Origin: an uncultured Chloroflexia bacterium | GTDB lineage: Bacteria > Chloroflexota > Limnocylindria > QHBO01 | Assembly (NCBI GenBank): GCA_963814375.1 | Contig: CAWFCQ010000007.1 | Coordinates: forward strand, 96,001-160,000 | Length of the DNA: 64,000 nt | Direction: 5' to 3' | Part shown: positions 18,848-28,100 of the stretch, piece by piece | Layout: every line of letters begins with the position of its first letter | Numbering within the stretch: position 1 is the first letter of the stretch | Made by a program: the position numbers and the translations under genes | Notes under the pieces: generated by a model | Database searches by the model: none | What the model was told of the DNA's origin: nothing | Seen by the model: only the letters and a program-made list of their open reading frames with translations

Positions 18848-19978
18848 ATGATCCGGGCCGAGCTGCTGTCGGTCGGCGCCGAGCTGCTGCTCGGCGAGAC
18901 GATCGATACGAACGCGGCCTTCCTGGGCGGCGAGCTGGCAACGCTCGGCCTGCCGTTGAGCAGCGTGCGCATGCTGCCCGACGACCGGGCCGTCATTGCC
19001 GCTGCGTTCGCCGAGGCGAGGTCCCGATCGGCGCTGGTGCTCGGCACCGGCGGCCTGGGGCCGACGCACGACGACCTCTCGCGCGAGGGCGTGGCGGATG
19101 CCCTGGGCCAGGAGCTGCGCGAGGACCGCGGCCTGATCGCAGTGCTGGAGGAACGCTTCCGCGCCTTCGGGCCGATGCCGGCCGCGAACCGGCGCCAGGC
19201 CATGCTCATTCCATCGGCCGAGGCGGTGCCGAACCCGATCGGTTCCGCGCCGGGCTGGTGGATCGACCTCGACGATGTCGTCACGGTCCTCATGCCCGGC
19301 GTCCCCTCCGAGATGCGGAGGATGTGGACGGAAAGCGTCGGCCCTCGGCTCGCCGCGCGCTTCGGCCTCCCGCCGCTCGCGATACGCACGATCAAGTCGT
19401 TCGGCATCGGCGAGTCCGCCCTCGCCGAGCGGCTTGGGACCCTGCTGTCCGTGCCACCGGACGGGGTCGAGGCGGGCATCTACGCGCGCGACGATGGCGT
19501 TCACGTCCGATTCAGCAGTCTCGGCGATGGGGAGGCGCTGGATGGCTGCATCGAGATCGCGCGCGCGGCCCTCGGCGAGGACGCATACGGAGTCGACAGC
19601 GAGGACCTCGCGTCCGTCGCACTCGCGCGCCTCGGTGCGCTCGGGGTGAGCGACGTGAGCAGCTGGGAAGCCGATACCCAGGGAGCGCTGCTCAGCGTCC
19701 TTTCGGCAGCCGCGCCCGCCGACGGTGCGGCCCGTTACCTGGGCGGGGTGCTCGAGATGGGCGTGCCGACCGGACCGCCGGTCGGAGAAGCCGTGCTCCA
19801 GCTGTCGCTGCTGCCCCAGGATGCCCATGGCCGCAGCCGGGTGCGAGTGGCGCTCGCCGGCAGCATCTCGATGCCGATGACCGAGCTACGCATCCACGGC
19901 TCGGGCGCCCAGCGACTCAGGCGCGCCGCGTTCGCGGCGCTCGACGCGGTCCGGAGGATCAGCCCCAGCGACCGATGA
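18848..19978 (+). CDS. cinA: CinA-like protein (MoCF/ADP-ribose pyrophosphatase-type N-domain; degenerate PncC-like C-domain)
   Basis: GAELLLGETIDTN, GGLGPTHDDLSRE, NPIGSAPG, MPGVPSEM and FGIGESAL. The C-domain has WEADTQG where AESCTGG is expected. Confidence 0.75.
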   Translation: MIRAELLSVGAELLLGETIDTNAAFLGGELATLGLPLSSVRMLPDDRAVIAAAFAEARSRSALVLGTGGLGPTHDDLSREGVADALGQELREDRGLIAVLEERFRAFGPMPAANRRQAMLIPSAEAVPNPIGSAPGWWIDLDDVVTVLMPGVPSEMRRMWTESVGPRLAARFGLPPLAIRTIKSFGIGESALAERLGTLLSVPPDGVEAGIYARDDGVHVRFSSLGDGEALDGCIEIARAALGEDAYGVDSEDLASVALARLGALGVSDVSSWEADTQGALLSVLSAAAPADGAARYLGGVLEMGVPTGPPVGEAVLQLSLLPQDAHGRSRVRVALAGSISMPMTELRIHGSGAQRLRRAAFAALDAVRRISPSDR

Positions 19979-20843
19979 GGCGGACGGCCGCGGGACGAAC
20001 CGCGAAGGTCCATGAAGGTCGTGAGCCGATGACGTCCCCGTCGGCCTGGACGGGTATGTCGGCGCCGTCCAGCGATCGAAGGGTGATCTCCCGAACGTCG
20101 ATGCGATCCGCATGGGGCCGAACGCCGGCGACCCAGCGCGCGGCCTCGATCGCCAGGCGAGGCGCGGGCCCGGGATAGATGCGAAGGGCCACCGTCCCTG
20201 CATCGGTCCGGGCGCCCGGGTTGACCCGCAGGCCTCGACCGTAGAACGGCGTCGTGCTGGCGACGACCATCTCGATCGGACCACGATGCACGGTCCAGCC
20301 ATCCGCGACGACCTCGACACCCGGGCGGCGCCACAGGTCCGGGACGGACGAGGCGATGGCCGTTGCCCAGCCGCGCAGGCGGTGGGCTCCGCCCTCCGCG
20401 TATCGGCCGGCGACGAGCGCGTCCCAGCCGGCGCCGGCGAACAGCGCCAGGCGATCGCCGACGGCGACGAGGTCGATCGGCCTCGCGTCGCGCCGAGCCA
20501 GCACCTCGGCCACCCCTTCGGGGTCGCCGGGCATGTTGAGCAGGTGCGCGGTGGCGTTGCCGAAGCCTGCGGGGATCCAGCCGAGCGTCAGATCTTCGCG
20601 GCCGGCAGCGACGTTGTATGCCGTGGCCAGCGATCCGTCCCCACCGACCATCACGCCGGTGGCGTAGCGCTCGAGCCGCTCGCCGAGCCAGCTGCTCAGC
20701 TCGTCGACGTCACGCGTTTCGATCACGTGGAGATCGGCGTCGAGCGCGCGGCGGGTGAGGTCCACGGCGCGACGCACCCGGTCGGTCCGTCCGCCGCCGG
20801 CCCCCTCGTTGAGAAAGATCGCTGTCGACTGATCAGGCGCCAT
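19959..20843 (-). CDS. Diacylglycerol kinase family (YegS/DgkB-like) lipid kinase
   Basis: FLNEGAGGG, VGGDGSL, IPAGFGNATA, AGAGWDA and VQADGD. Confidence 0.85.
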   Translation of the reverse strand: MAPDQSTAIFLNEGAGGGRTDRVRRAVDLTRRALDADLHVIETRDVDELSSWLGERLERYATGVMVGGDGSLATAYNVAAGREDLTLGWIPAGFGNATAHLLNMPGDPEGVAEVLARRDARPIDLVAVGDRLALFAGAGWDALVAGRYAEGGAHRLRGWATAIASSVPDLWRRPGVEVVADGWTVHRGPIEMVVASTTPFYGRGLRVNPGARTDAGTVALRIYPGPAPRLAIEAARWVAGVRPHADRIDVREITLRSLDGADIPVQADGDVIGSRPSWTFAVRPAAVRLIGRWG

Positions 20844-20855
20844 GTTGCCCCGATC

Positions 20856-21464
20856 CTACGGCAGTGCCGCGAGGGCCTCCTCGGCGAGCTCCTCCGGCTC
20901 ACCGCTGACGAGGAACACGACGTCGTCGTTGGCGTAGAGGAAGCCCTCGGTCCCGCCTTCCTCACCCATGGCATGCACGGTCTTGCCGCCGACGGTCATC
21001 TCCTCGCCAACGGCCGTGCCCGACTCCTCCATGACGCTGAGGAACTCGGTCCGGAGGGTGGACTCGTCGGCACCCTCGACCCGGAACGCGAGGATGGTGA
21101 CCCCGGTTTCGGATTCCGCGTCGAACGCAAAGCCGAAGGCGGACACGACGTCCTCCGGCTGCGCCCCAACCCGCTCGAGGAATGCCTGGGCCTCGGGGGT
21201 GATGCCCTCCGAGCTGAAGGCGTCCTCGCCGGACGTGTGCTCGTATTCGATGACGAGTCCCCCGACCTCCTCCGGCAACAGCTCGGCGAGCTCGCCGGCT
21301 CCCTCTCCAAGGCTCGGCTCGGCGTCATCGGACCCCTCGGCGGTCTCGGTCGGGGTGGGCTCCGGAGTGGCCGGCTCAGACTCCTCGGCCGACGAGGACG
21401 TAGACGAGCATCCCGCGACAACGATCAGGAGCAGGCCAAGCAGGAAAACGGGGATGCGGGTCAC
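20856..21464 (-). CDS. Acidic lipoprotein of unknown function (paralog A)
   Basis: Signal peptide with lipobox VAGC, S/E/P/T-rich linker, LAELLPEEVGG and EEMTVGGKTV. Confidence 0.75.
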   Translation of the reverse strand: MTRIPVFLLGLLLIVVAGCSSTSSSAEESEPATPEPTPTETAEGSDDAEPSLGEGAGELAELLPEEVGGLVIEYEHTSGEDAFSSEGITPEAQAFLERVGAQPEDVVSAFGFAFDAESETGVTILAFRVEGADESTLRTEFLSVMEESGTAVGEEMTVGGKTVHAMGEEGGTEGFLYANDDVVFLVSGEPEELAEEALAALP

Positions 21465-21510
21465 GGGCTCGGCGTCCGCTGACGTGGGTGGCTCGGCGGC
21501 CTGTTCCCAC

Positions 21511-22131
21511 TCACGGCAGGGCCGACAGAACCTCCTCGGAGAGCTCACCCGACTCGCTGACCACGGTGAACATCACGCCGTCGGCAAAGTAGATGTAGGC
21601 CGCTGCGGGCGTTCCCTCACCGGTGATCTGGAGCACGGTCTTGCCACCGACGGTCATCTCCTCGACCGCGCCACCGGTGGGGTTGGCGCCGGACATCAGC
21701 CGCGCGAGCTGCTCGAGCTGCGCCTGCTCCATTCCGGGAATTCGCATCGAGCTGAGGGTCACCTCGGCGGCGTCGCCCCACGTGCTGATGATGTACTCGA
21801 CCTCCGACGGATCGACGCCCGAGCCAGCCAGGGCCTGGCCGAAGATCGGGTTCTGGGCGAAGTCGATGTCGCTGCGCGACATCCCGCCGATCTGGTCGGG
21901 GATCAGGTCGGCCAGCGGGCCGTCGGCGGAGCCTGTCCCATCGGTTTCGGCAGGCTCGGACGCCGCGGGCTCGGACTCCGGCGGCTCGGACTCGGCCGCG
22001 GGGTGCGATGCGCCATGCGACGCGGCCGCATCAGAGGCGGAAGCGGGCTCCGTCGCACTCGCGCCGGGGCTCGAGCACGCCGCCACCGCCATGGCGACAA
22101 GCACGATCAGGATGAGTGAGAAGCGATTCAC
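21511..22131 (-). CDS. Acidic lipoprotein of unknown function (paralog B)
   Basis: Lipobox VAAC, A/S/E/P linker, LADLIPDQIGG and EEMTVGGKTV. GAGG RBS. Confidence 0.78.
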   Translation of the reverse strand: MNRFSLILIVLVAMAVAACSSPGASATEPASASDAAASHGASHPAAESEPPESEPAASEPAETDGTGSADGPLADLIPDQIGGMSRSDIDFAQNPIFGQALAGSGVDPSEVEYIISTWGDAAEVTLSSMRIPGMEQAQLEQLARLMSGANPTGGAVEEMTVGGKTVLQITGEGTPAAAYIYFADGVMFTVVSESGELSEEVLSALP

Positions 22132-22212
22132 GTGGGGTTCCTCAGGCTCGGGGGCAGTGGTTGAGCATAGCGCCGGCTCCTGAACCGCGCTTCCGGGACG
22201 ATCGTCCCGTCC

Positions 22213-23604
22213 TCATGTCCGCCCCAGCAGCTCGCCGGTGGGCTCGCGCTTCAGGAATCGGCCATCGCCCGCCGCGCCCAGCCACTCGTCGCCGTCGACG
22301 ACGACCTTGCCGCGTGACAGCACGATGTCGGCCCGACCGGTCACCTCGCGGCCCTCGTAGCACGAGTAGTCGACGTCCATGTGATGGGTCTTCGCACTGA
22401 TGATGTGCTTCGCCGTTGGGTCGTAGAGGACAAGGTCCGCATCGGCGCCGGCGGCAACGACGCCCTTTCGCCCGCCCAGGCCGAACATCCGGGCGGGTGC
22501 CGCGCTGATGAGCTCCACCCAGCGGTTGGGGGTCAGGTGCCCATCGACGACCCCGCCGGAGTGGAGCAGGTTGACACGGTCCTCCACGCCGGGAAGGCCG
22601 TTCGGCACCTTGCGGAAGTCGCCCTGCCCCAGGTCTTTCTGTCCGTGGAAGTCGAAGGGGCAGTGATCGGTCGAGACGACCTGGAGGTCGCCCTTGGCCA
22701 GGCCCTTCCACAGCTCGGGCGCATGGTCGGCCGGGCGCAGCGGCGGCGAGCAGACGAACTTCGCCCCCTCGAAGCCGTTGCCCATGTCCTCGAGGGTCAG
22801 GAAGAGGTACTGCGGGCACGTCTCGGCATAGGCGGGCAGGCCCTCGTCGCGCGCGCGGCGGACCTCCTCGAGCGCATCGGTCGCAGAGAGATGGACGATA
22901 TACACCGGGACGCCCGCCACCTGGGCCAGGCGAATCACCCGGTTGGTGGCCTCGCCCTCCATGACCGGCGAGCGGCTGACGCCGTGGAAGTACGGGTCGG
23001 TGTTGCCGGACTCGACGTTCTGGGCCGCCACGACGTCGATGGCCAGCCCGTTCTCGGCGTGCATCAGTATCAGGCCGCCGTTCCTGGCGGTCTGCTGCAT
23101 GGCACGGAAGATGGCGCCGTCATCGGAGAAGAAGACGCCGGGGTAGGCGGTGAAGAGCTTGAAGTCGGTCACGCCCTCGTCGACGAGCGCGTCCATCTCG
23201 GCGAGGGTGTCATCGGTGACGTCGGACATGATCATGTGGAAGCCGTAGTCGACGCAGGCCTTCCCCTCGGCCTTGGCGTGCCAGGCGTCCAGCCCCTCGC
23301 GCAGCGCCTGTCCCTTGCCCTGTACGGCAAAGTCGATGATCGTGGTGGTCCCGCCGAAGGCCGCGGCGCGCGTCCCGGTCTCGAACGTGTCCTTGGCGAA
23401 TGTCCCGCCGAACGGGAGCTCCATGTGGGTGTGCACGTCGATCGCGCCGGGGATCACCCACTTGTCGGACGCGTCGATGGTGCGATCGGCCGTGACGTCG
23501 AGCTCCTGGCCGATCAGCGCGATCCGCTCCCCGTCGACCAGGAGGTCGGCGGTGGTGGTGGCGTCGGCGTTGATGATCGTTCCGCCCTTGATGAGCGTGC
23601 GCAT
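22213..23604 (-). CDS. hydA: Dihydropyrimidinase
   Basis: PGAIDVHTHM, AAAFGGTTTIIDF, DYGFH, FKLFTAY (carboxylated Lys), MHAENG, VHLS, ETCPQY, SPPLR and STDHCPF. GGAGG RBS. Confidence 0.93.
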   Translation of the reverse strand: MRTLIKGGTIINADATTTADLLVDGERIALIGQELDVTADRTIDASDKWVIPGAIDVHTHMELPFGGTFAKDTFETGTRAAAFGGTTTIIDFAVQGKGQALREGLDAWHAKAEGKACVDYGFHMIMSDVTDDTLAEMDALVDEGVTDFKLFTAYPGVFFSDDGAIFRAMQQTARNGGLILMHAENGLAIDVVAAQNVESGNTDPYFHGVSRSPVMEGEATNRVIRLAQVAGVPVYIVHLSATDALEEVRRARDEGLPAYAETCPQYLFLTLEDMGNGFEGAKFVCSPPLRPADHAPELWKGLAKGDLQVVSTDHCPFDFHGQKDLGQGDFRKVPNGLPGVEDRVNLLHSGGVVDGHLTPNRWVELISAAPARMFGLGGRKGVVAAGADADLVLYDPTAKHIISAKTHHMDVDYSCYEGREVTGRADIVLSRGKVVVDGDEWLGAAGDGRFLKREPTGELLGRT

Positions 23605-23673
23605 CGGTTCCTCCGTCAACGGCTGAGCAGGACCGCAATCGTAGCCGCCCGGCGGCCCACTACGATGGCCGGC

Positions 23674-24495
23674 GTGAAGCTTGCCGAGCTGCCGCGGCCG
23701 GTCGAAACAGCGAGCATCGAACGTCTCATCAGGCCGGATGCGCCCGCCCGACCGCGCGCGCTGGCGGTGCTCGACGGCGTCCTCGCGGGTCGCGTCTGGG
23801 CGGATGATCCCGCGACCCCGACAGTCGCGCTCGTGATCGAGGACTCCGACGGGACGGTTTTCGCCGGCGGCTCACTGACCGCATCTCAGGTGGCCGACAC
23901 GCTCGCCGACGTCGAGACGGCATCTGGGGACCTCATCTTCGGGTTCGCGGACGGCGACGACGCGCTCCGCGGGATGTTGCCGAGGGAGCCGTACTGGACC
24001 GGCGAGGCGATCGACTTCACCGATCGCCGCCCACCGCCCGACGAGCCCGCAGGACCCGAGCCACCGCTCGAAGGGATGCAAATCGTGGCGCTCGACGCGT
24101 CCACCCTGCCCCTGACCGAGTGGTACCCAGACACCATGCACGCGTTCGGATCGATCGCGCGGTGGACCGAGCTTGGCATCGGCTTCGGCGTTCTCACTGG
24201 CGACGCGCTCGCGGCCGAGGCGACAGCGGGTCCACGCTGCCGCCGCCTCCTGGAGATGGGGGTGCTGACCCGCGAACCCTTCCGGCGGCGAGGGTACGGC
24301 ACGCTCGTCAGCCGCCTGGTAGCCCGTGAAGCCGAGTCCCGCGGCGACCGGGTCTGGTGGAACGCGAATGCCGTGAACGCACCCTCGTTGGCGATCGCTC
24401 GTCGGCTGGGGTTTCGGGCGGAGCGCCGATACGAGCTCGCCGCTTGCCATGCGGCAGGAAACACGCCCGGCGACGATCGATCGCTCGCGGGGTAG
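23674..24495 (+). CDS. GNAT family acetyltransferase
   Basis: C-terminal EMGVLTREPFRRRGYG and NAPSLAIARRLGF. TACGAT 7 nt upstream of the GTG. Confidence 0.8.
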   Translation: MKLAELPRPVETASIERLIRPDAPARPRALAVLDGVLAGRVWADDPATPTVALVIEDSDGTVFAGGSLTASQVADTLADVETASGDLIFGFADGDDALRGMLPREPYWTGEAIDFTDRRPPPDEPAGPEPPLEGMQIVALDASTLPLTEWYPDTMHAFGSIARWTELGIGFGVLTGDALAAEATAGPRCRRLLEMGVLTREPFRRRGYGTLVSRLVAREAESRGDRVWWNANAVNAPSLAIARRLGFRAERRYELAACHAAGNTPGDDRSLAG

Positions 24496-24505
24496 CATCA
24501 CCCGC

Positions 24506-25078
24506 ATGGCAGACGATCGACTCCACTTCACTGGCGACGACGAGGCGGACCGGCTCCTGGTGAGCGAGCCGATGGCGCTCCTCATCGGCTTCGCGCTCGA
24601 CCAGCAGGTGCCGGTTCAGTGGGCCTTCTCGGCGCCCAAGGTGCTCCTCCAGCGTCTCGGCACACTGGACGCTCGAGACATCGCCGCCATGGACGTCGCG
24701 GATGTCGAGGCCGCCTCCAAGGGCCCGCCCGCCGTCCACCGCTACCCGGCTGCCATGGGTCGGCGGGTTCACGAGCTGGCGAGCTATATCGCCGCCACCT
24801 ATGACGGCGACGCCGCCCGGGTCTGGACCGATGCCTCGGACGGCCGCGATCTCGAGCGGCGCATCGGGGCGCTACCGGGCTTCGGCGAGATGAAGGTCAA
24901 CGGGACGCTGGCAGTCCTGGCCAAGCGACTGGACGTACGACCTCCGGGAATCGACGAGGTGCTGCCTGACTGGCCGACGCTCGGCGATGTCGACTCCGCC
25001 GAGGCGCTGGCCGACTACCAGGCCAAGAAGCGCGCCCACAAGGCAGCCATGCGCGAGGCCGCAGCCGCCGAGGGCTGA
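24506..25078 (+). CDS. HhH-GPD superfamily base-excision DNA repair protein
   Basis: ALLIGFALDQQVPVQWAF, PAVHRYP, ALPGFGEMK (HhH) and DVDS. Confidence 0.85.
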   Translation: MADDRLHFTGDDEADRLLVSEPMALLIGFALDQQVPVQWAFSAPKVLLQRLGTLDARDIAAMDVADVEAASKGPPAVHRYPAAMGRRVHELASYIAATYDGDAARVWTDASDGRDLERRIGALPGFGEMKVNGTLAVLAKRLDVRPPGIDEVLPDWPTLGDVDSAEALADYQAKKRAHKAAMREAAAAEG

Positions 25079-25095
25079 TCCCAGTCACGAGGCCG

Positions 25096-25644
25096 TCAGG
25101 CCTGTCGCTCCGGCTCCGCGCCTCCCGCCCGCACCAGCAGGGCGCCGATCAGCCCCCCGGTCGTGTTCGTGATCACATCCGTCGTCTCCGGCCAGCGGCC
25201 GCCGCCGGTGAGCGCCTGGAGCAGCTCGATCGAGGCGGAGAAGGCGAGCGTGATCCCGACCGCCTGGAGGACGCTGACGGACGGGAAACGCCAGCGCAGG
25301 GCCATCCCGAACGGGATGAAGATGAGGACGTTTCCGATCAGCTCGGCGACGGCGAGGCGCAGGCTGCGCACGCCGATCAGCGCATCGCGCAGGTCTTCGA
25401 ACGGGATGAGCCTGATGCGTGGTGGCTCGTTCATGGCATCCACCGGGCTCAGCAGCGTCAGCACGACGATCAGCGCGATGGACGTCACGAGCGCGACGTC
25501 CCGCGCGGTCACGCCGAAGGCACGCGAGGGTGGATGAAGCACCAGCCTGACCACGAGAACGACGGCCCCCACCGCGGCGATCACGACGAAGATGCCGGCC
25601 ATCGTGCCGAGGGCATCGGCGGCCCACCGGATCAGCGCATCCAC
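25096..25644 (-). CDS. VanZ family membrane protein
   Basis: LIPF, GNVLIFIPFG, SASIELLQ and DVITNTTGG. Confidence 0.85.
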   Translation of the reverse strand: MDALIRWAADALGTMAGIFVVIAAVGAVVLVVRLVLHPPSRAFGVTARDVALVTSIALIVVLTLLSPVDAMNEPPRIRLIPFEDLRDALIGVRSLRLAVAELIGNVLIFIPFGMALRWRFPSVSVLQAVGITLAFSASIELLQALTGGGRWPETTDVITNTTGGLIGALLVRAGGAEPERQA

Positions 25645-25664
25645 GGCGCCAGTCTATCGGCGCC

Positions 25665-26153
25665 TCAGGAATCGGTGGCCGGCGCCTCCGGATGCTCGTG
25701 GTCGTGGTCGTGCTCGTCGTGGTCGTGCTCGTCGTGGTCGTGGTCGTGCATCCACGGCGTGAAGGTGATGCCGATCAGCAGCCCTTCCGGGCTGAGCAGC
25801 CGCGACGTCGTCTGGCCCCACGGCTCCTCCTGCGCGCCACGCAGCACGCGGTGCCCGGCAGCCTCGAGCTCCGCCACCGCCTCGCCGACTGCTTCCGCGG
25901 ACTCGACGTCGAGCTCCATCCAAGCCTGCGGCGCAGGGATGTCGGCCGGCCACTCCGCCGATCCGAACGTCGACTCCGCGGCCTGGGACAGCGGCCACAG
26001 CGCGAACGCGTTGACGCCTTCCAGGCTGTCGTTGGTTAGGTAGTCGGGAGCCGCCTCCTCGAGCGGGATGGCCAGGCCGTCGCCCCAGAACGCGCGCGAA
26101 GCATCGGCCTCGCGGACGATCGGTCCGAAGCCGGCGACGAACGCGACCCTCAT
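25665..26153 (-). CDS. VOC/glyoxalase family protein with His/Asp-rich tail
   Basis: VAGFGPIV, EEPWGQTTSRLLSPEGLLIG; tail HDHDHDEHDHDEHDHDHEH. Confidence 0.82.
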   Translation of the reverse strand: MRVAFVAGFGPIVREADASRAFWGDGLAIPLEEAAPDYLTNDSLEGVNAFALWPLSQAAESTFGSAEWPADIPAPQAWMELDVESAEAVGEAVAELEAAGHRVLRGAQEEPWGQTTSRLLSPEGLLIGITFTPWMHDHDHDEHDHDEHDHDHEHPEAPATDS

Positions 26154-26524
26154 GCGACCCGCTCCTTGGGAAGCGAGGAAAGGACGCAGAACTCGTTACC
26201 CTCCGGGTCCGCCATGACGACCCACGAGACGTCGCCTTGACCGATGTCGGCGCGCCTCGCCCCGAGCCGCTCCAGCCGTGCAACCTCGCCGTCCTGGTCG
26301 TCCGGCGCGAGGTCGAAGTGCCACCGGTTCTTGATCCCCTTCTCGTCCGGGTTGATCGCGAAGTACACCGGATGGATCCCCGGCCGGCGTTCCTCGTAGG
26401 GGGCGATCATCACGCCCTCCTCGTCTTCGGCGATGACCAGCCACCCGAGTGCGGTGGTCCAGAACTCGGCGAGCGCCTTCGGGTCATGGCAGTCGACTGT
26501 CAGGCTGTTGATGACAAGGCTCAT
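26150..26524 (-). CDS. VOC family protein (glyoxalase-like)
   Basis: VDCHDPKALAEFW, KNRWHFDL and WVVMADPEGNEFCVL. Confidence 0.88.
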   Translation of the reverse strand: MSLVINSLTVDCHDPKALAEFWTTALGWLVIAEDEEGVMIAPYEERRPGIHPVYFAINPDEKGIKNRWHFDLAPDDQDGEVARLERLGARRADIGQGDVSWVVMADPEGNEFCVLSSLPKERVA

Positions 26525-26707
26525 GCGCCGATGCTAGCGCCCTCAACCTGACGATTCGTGTCAGGAAAGTGCGCGGACCGAGGTCGATCGGCTGATTGAC
26601 TTTCACGCTCGTCCGCGGCGAGATCGACGTGGGTCGTCGCGTGGACCGGCTCGGCATTGCGCGGCAGGCGACTAAACGCTCCCGCGTCTGGCTAGAGGAC
26701 CACGCGG

Positions 26708-27154
26708 TCAGCACTGGCTGCCGTCGCCTTCGACCTCTCGCTTCAGCGTCGCCAGATCGTTGTCGGCGCGGGCGCGGATCCGTGGCGTGATCAGCGGGGT
26801 GAGCAGTTGCGTGAGGCCGCGCATACGCATGTCGGACTGATAGGTCAGCTCGGTCGCGCCGTCCCGGGCAGCGAGGTCGTAGCTGTCGATCTGGTCGCTG
26901 CCGGACGATGTGATGCGGACAGCCAGTCGCTCGCCGGGGCGTAGCTCGACGATCTCCGTCTCCACCTCGATGCGACGTCCCTCCGCCTCGATGATGTCGC
27001 GCGAGCGTGAGCCGACACGAACGCCGCCTTCGCCGATCGGCTCGGACCCGATGAAGCCGCTGATCCACCGACTCAGCCGGTCGGGCTCGACCAGCCACGG
27101 AAAGACGGTCGCTGGCGGCGCGCCGATCTCGACGCGGGACTCGATGCGGGGCAT
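26708..27154 (-). CDS. SRPBCC (START/Bet v1-like) family protein
   Basis: IGAPPATVFPWL...LSRW and C-terminal DLATLKREVE. GAGGAG RBS. Confidence 0.82.
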   Translation of the reverse strand: MPRIESRVEIGAPPATVFPWLVEPDRLSRWISGFIGSEPIGEGGVRVGSRSRDIIEAEGRRIEVETEIVELRPGERLAVRITSSGSDQIDSYDLAARDGATELTYQSDMRMRGLTQLLTPLITPRIRARADNDLATLKREVEGDGSQC

Positions 27155-27163
27155 GGAATCTCC

Positions 27164-28051
27164 TCAGGTGCGTTCGAGGACCGGGATCGCGATCTCGGTC
27201 TGGTTCAAGCGGCCGGCAGGATCGATCCGCGTGGTGTGATAGAGCTCGATGGCCGGCACGCCGACGATCTCGATTCGCGGGGCCATGGCCCGCAGCCGCT
27301 CAACGATCGACGCGTACGCCGAAGGGATCGACGCGTACGGGCCGATATGCGTGGTGATCGCGAACGTGCCGCCCTGGATTGCTTCGAATCCGATGCCGGA
27401 CTCATGGGCGGTGACGACTGGCTTGCGATGGACGACCAGGCCAGCGTCAAACCGGAGCTTGCTCGGATCGGTGATCTCCGGGGCGTCGTGGGCGATGCCC
27501 ACGAGGTGTCCGTCCGTTCCGGCGCCGAGCCGAGCGGCGGCGGCCGGCAGCTCGTCCCAGAGGCTGACGGGGACTGACTCGTAGGGACCGATGTATCGCA
27601 CGAAGAGGAGCTCAAGCGGGCGGAGCCGACGGACCCGCGTCTCGGAGAGGTGTCCGATGGCCAGCTCTTCCTCGAGCCCATCCTGCGCACGCGGGCGCCG
27701 TGGGTCAGGCGCGCGGCGCGTTGCCGTTGAGGCACGCCAACGACTCGGTGTCTGGCCGAACCGCCGGACGAAGGCCCGCGTGAAGGTCTCGTGGCTGGCG
27801 TAGCCGCACTCGAGCGCGATCTCGAGGATGGTTGCATCGCGAGTGACGAGCATCCTCGCCGCGCGCTCGAGGCGGAGCCGTTCCACGTGGCGGCGAGGCG
27901 ATTCCCCGGTGGCCGTCGCAAATCTCCGTGCGAAGTGGCTCGGGGATCGGTCGACCGTTGCGGCGAGCTCGGCGACGCTGAGCGTGGAGTCCAGGTTCGT
28001 CTGTGCATGGACGAGCGCCGGCAGGAGCCATCCAATCGAAGCCGCGTGCAT
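27164..28051 (-). CDS. AraC family regulator with GyrI-like ligand-binding domain
   Basis: SPSHFARRF, IALECGYASHETFTRAF; C-terminal YIGPY, HDAPEIT, HIGPY and TEIAIPV. Confidence 0.88.
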   Translation of the reverse strand: MHAASIGWLLPALVHAQTNLDSTLSVAELAATVDRSPSHFARRFATATGESPRRHVERLRLERAARMLVTRDATILEIALECGYASHETFTRAFVRRFGQTPSRWRASTATRRAPDPRRPRAQDGLEEELAIGHLSETRVRRLRPLELLFVRYIGPYESVPVSLWDELPAAAARLGAGTDGHLVGIAHDAPEITDPSKLRFDAGLVVHRKPVVTAHESGIGFEAIQGGTFAITTHIGPYASIPSAYASIVERLRAMAPRIEIVGVPAIELYHTTRIDPAGRLNQTEIAIPVLERT

Positions 28052-28100
28052 CGCCGCACCTTTGCATCGGAAGGCAGGACTGTCTTGACGTTTTCGGCTG

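Noticed and set aside
22381-24495. Apparent 704-aa GNAT fusion
   Set aside because: The first ~430 aa are antisense to hydA. The real gene starts near 23674 after a -10 element.
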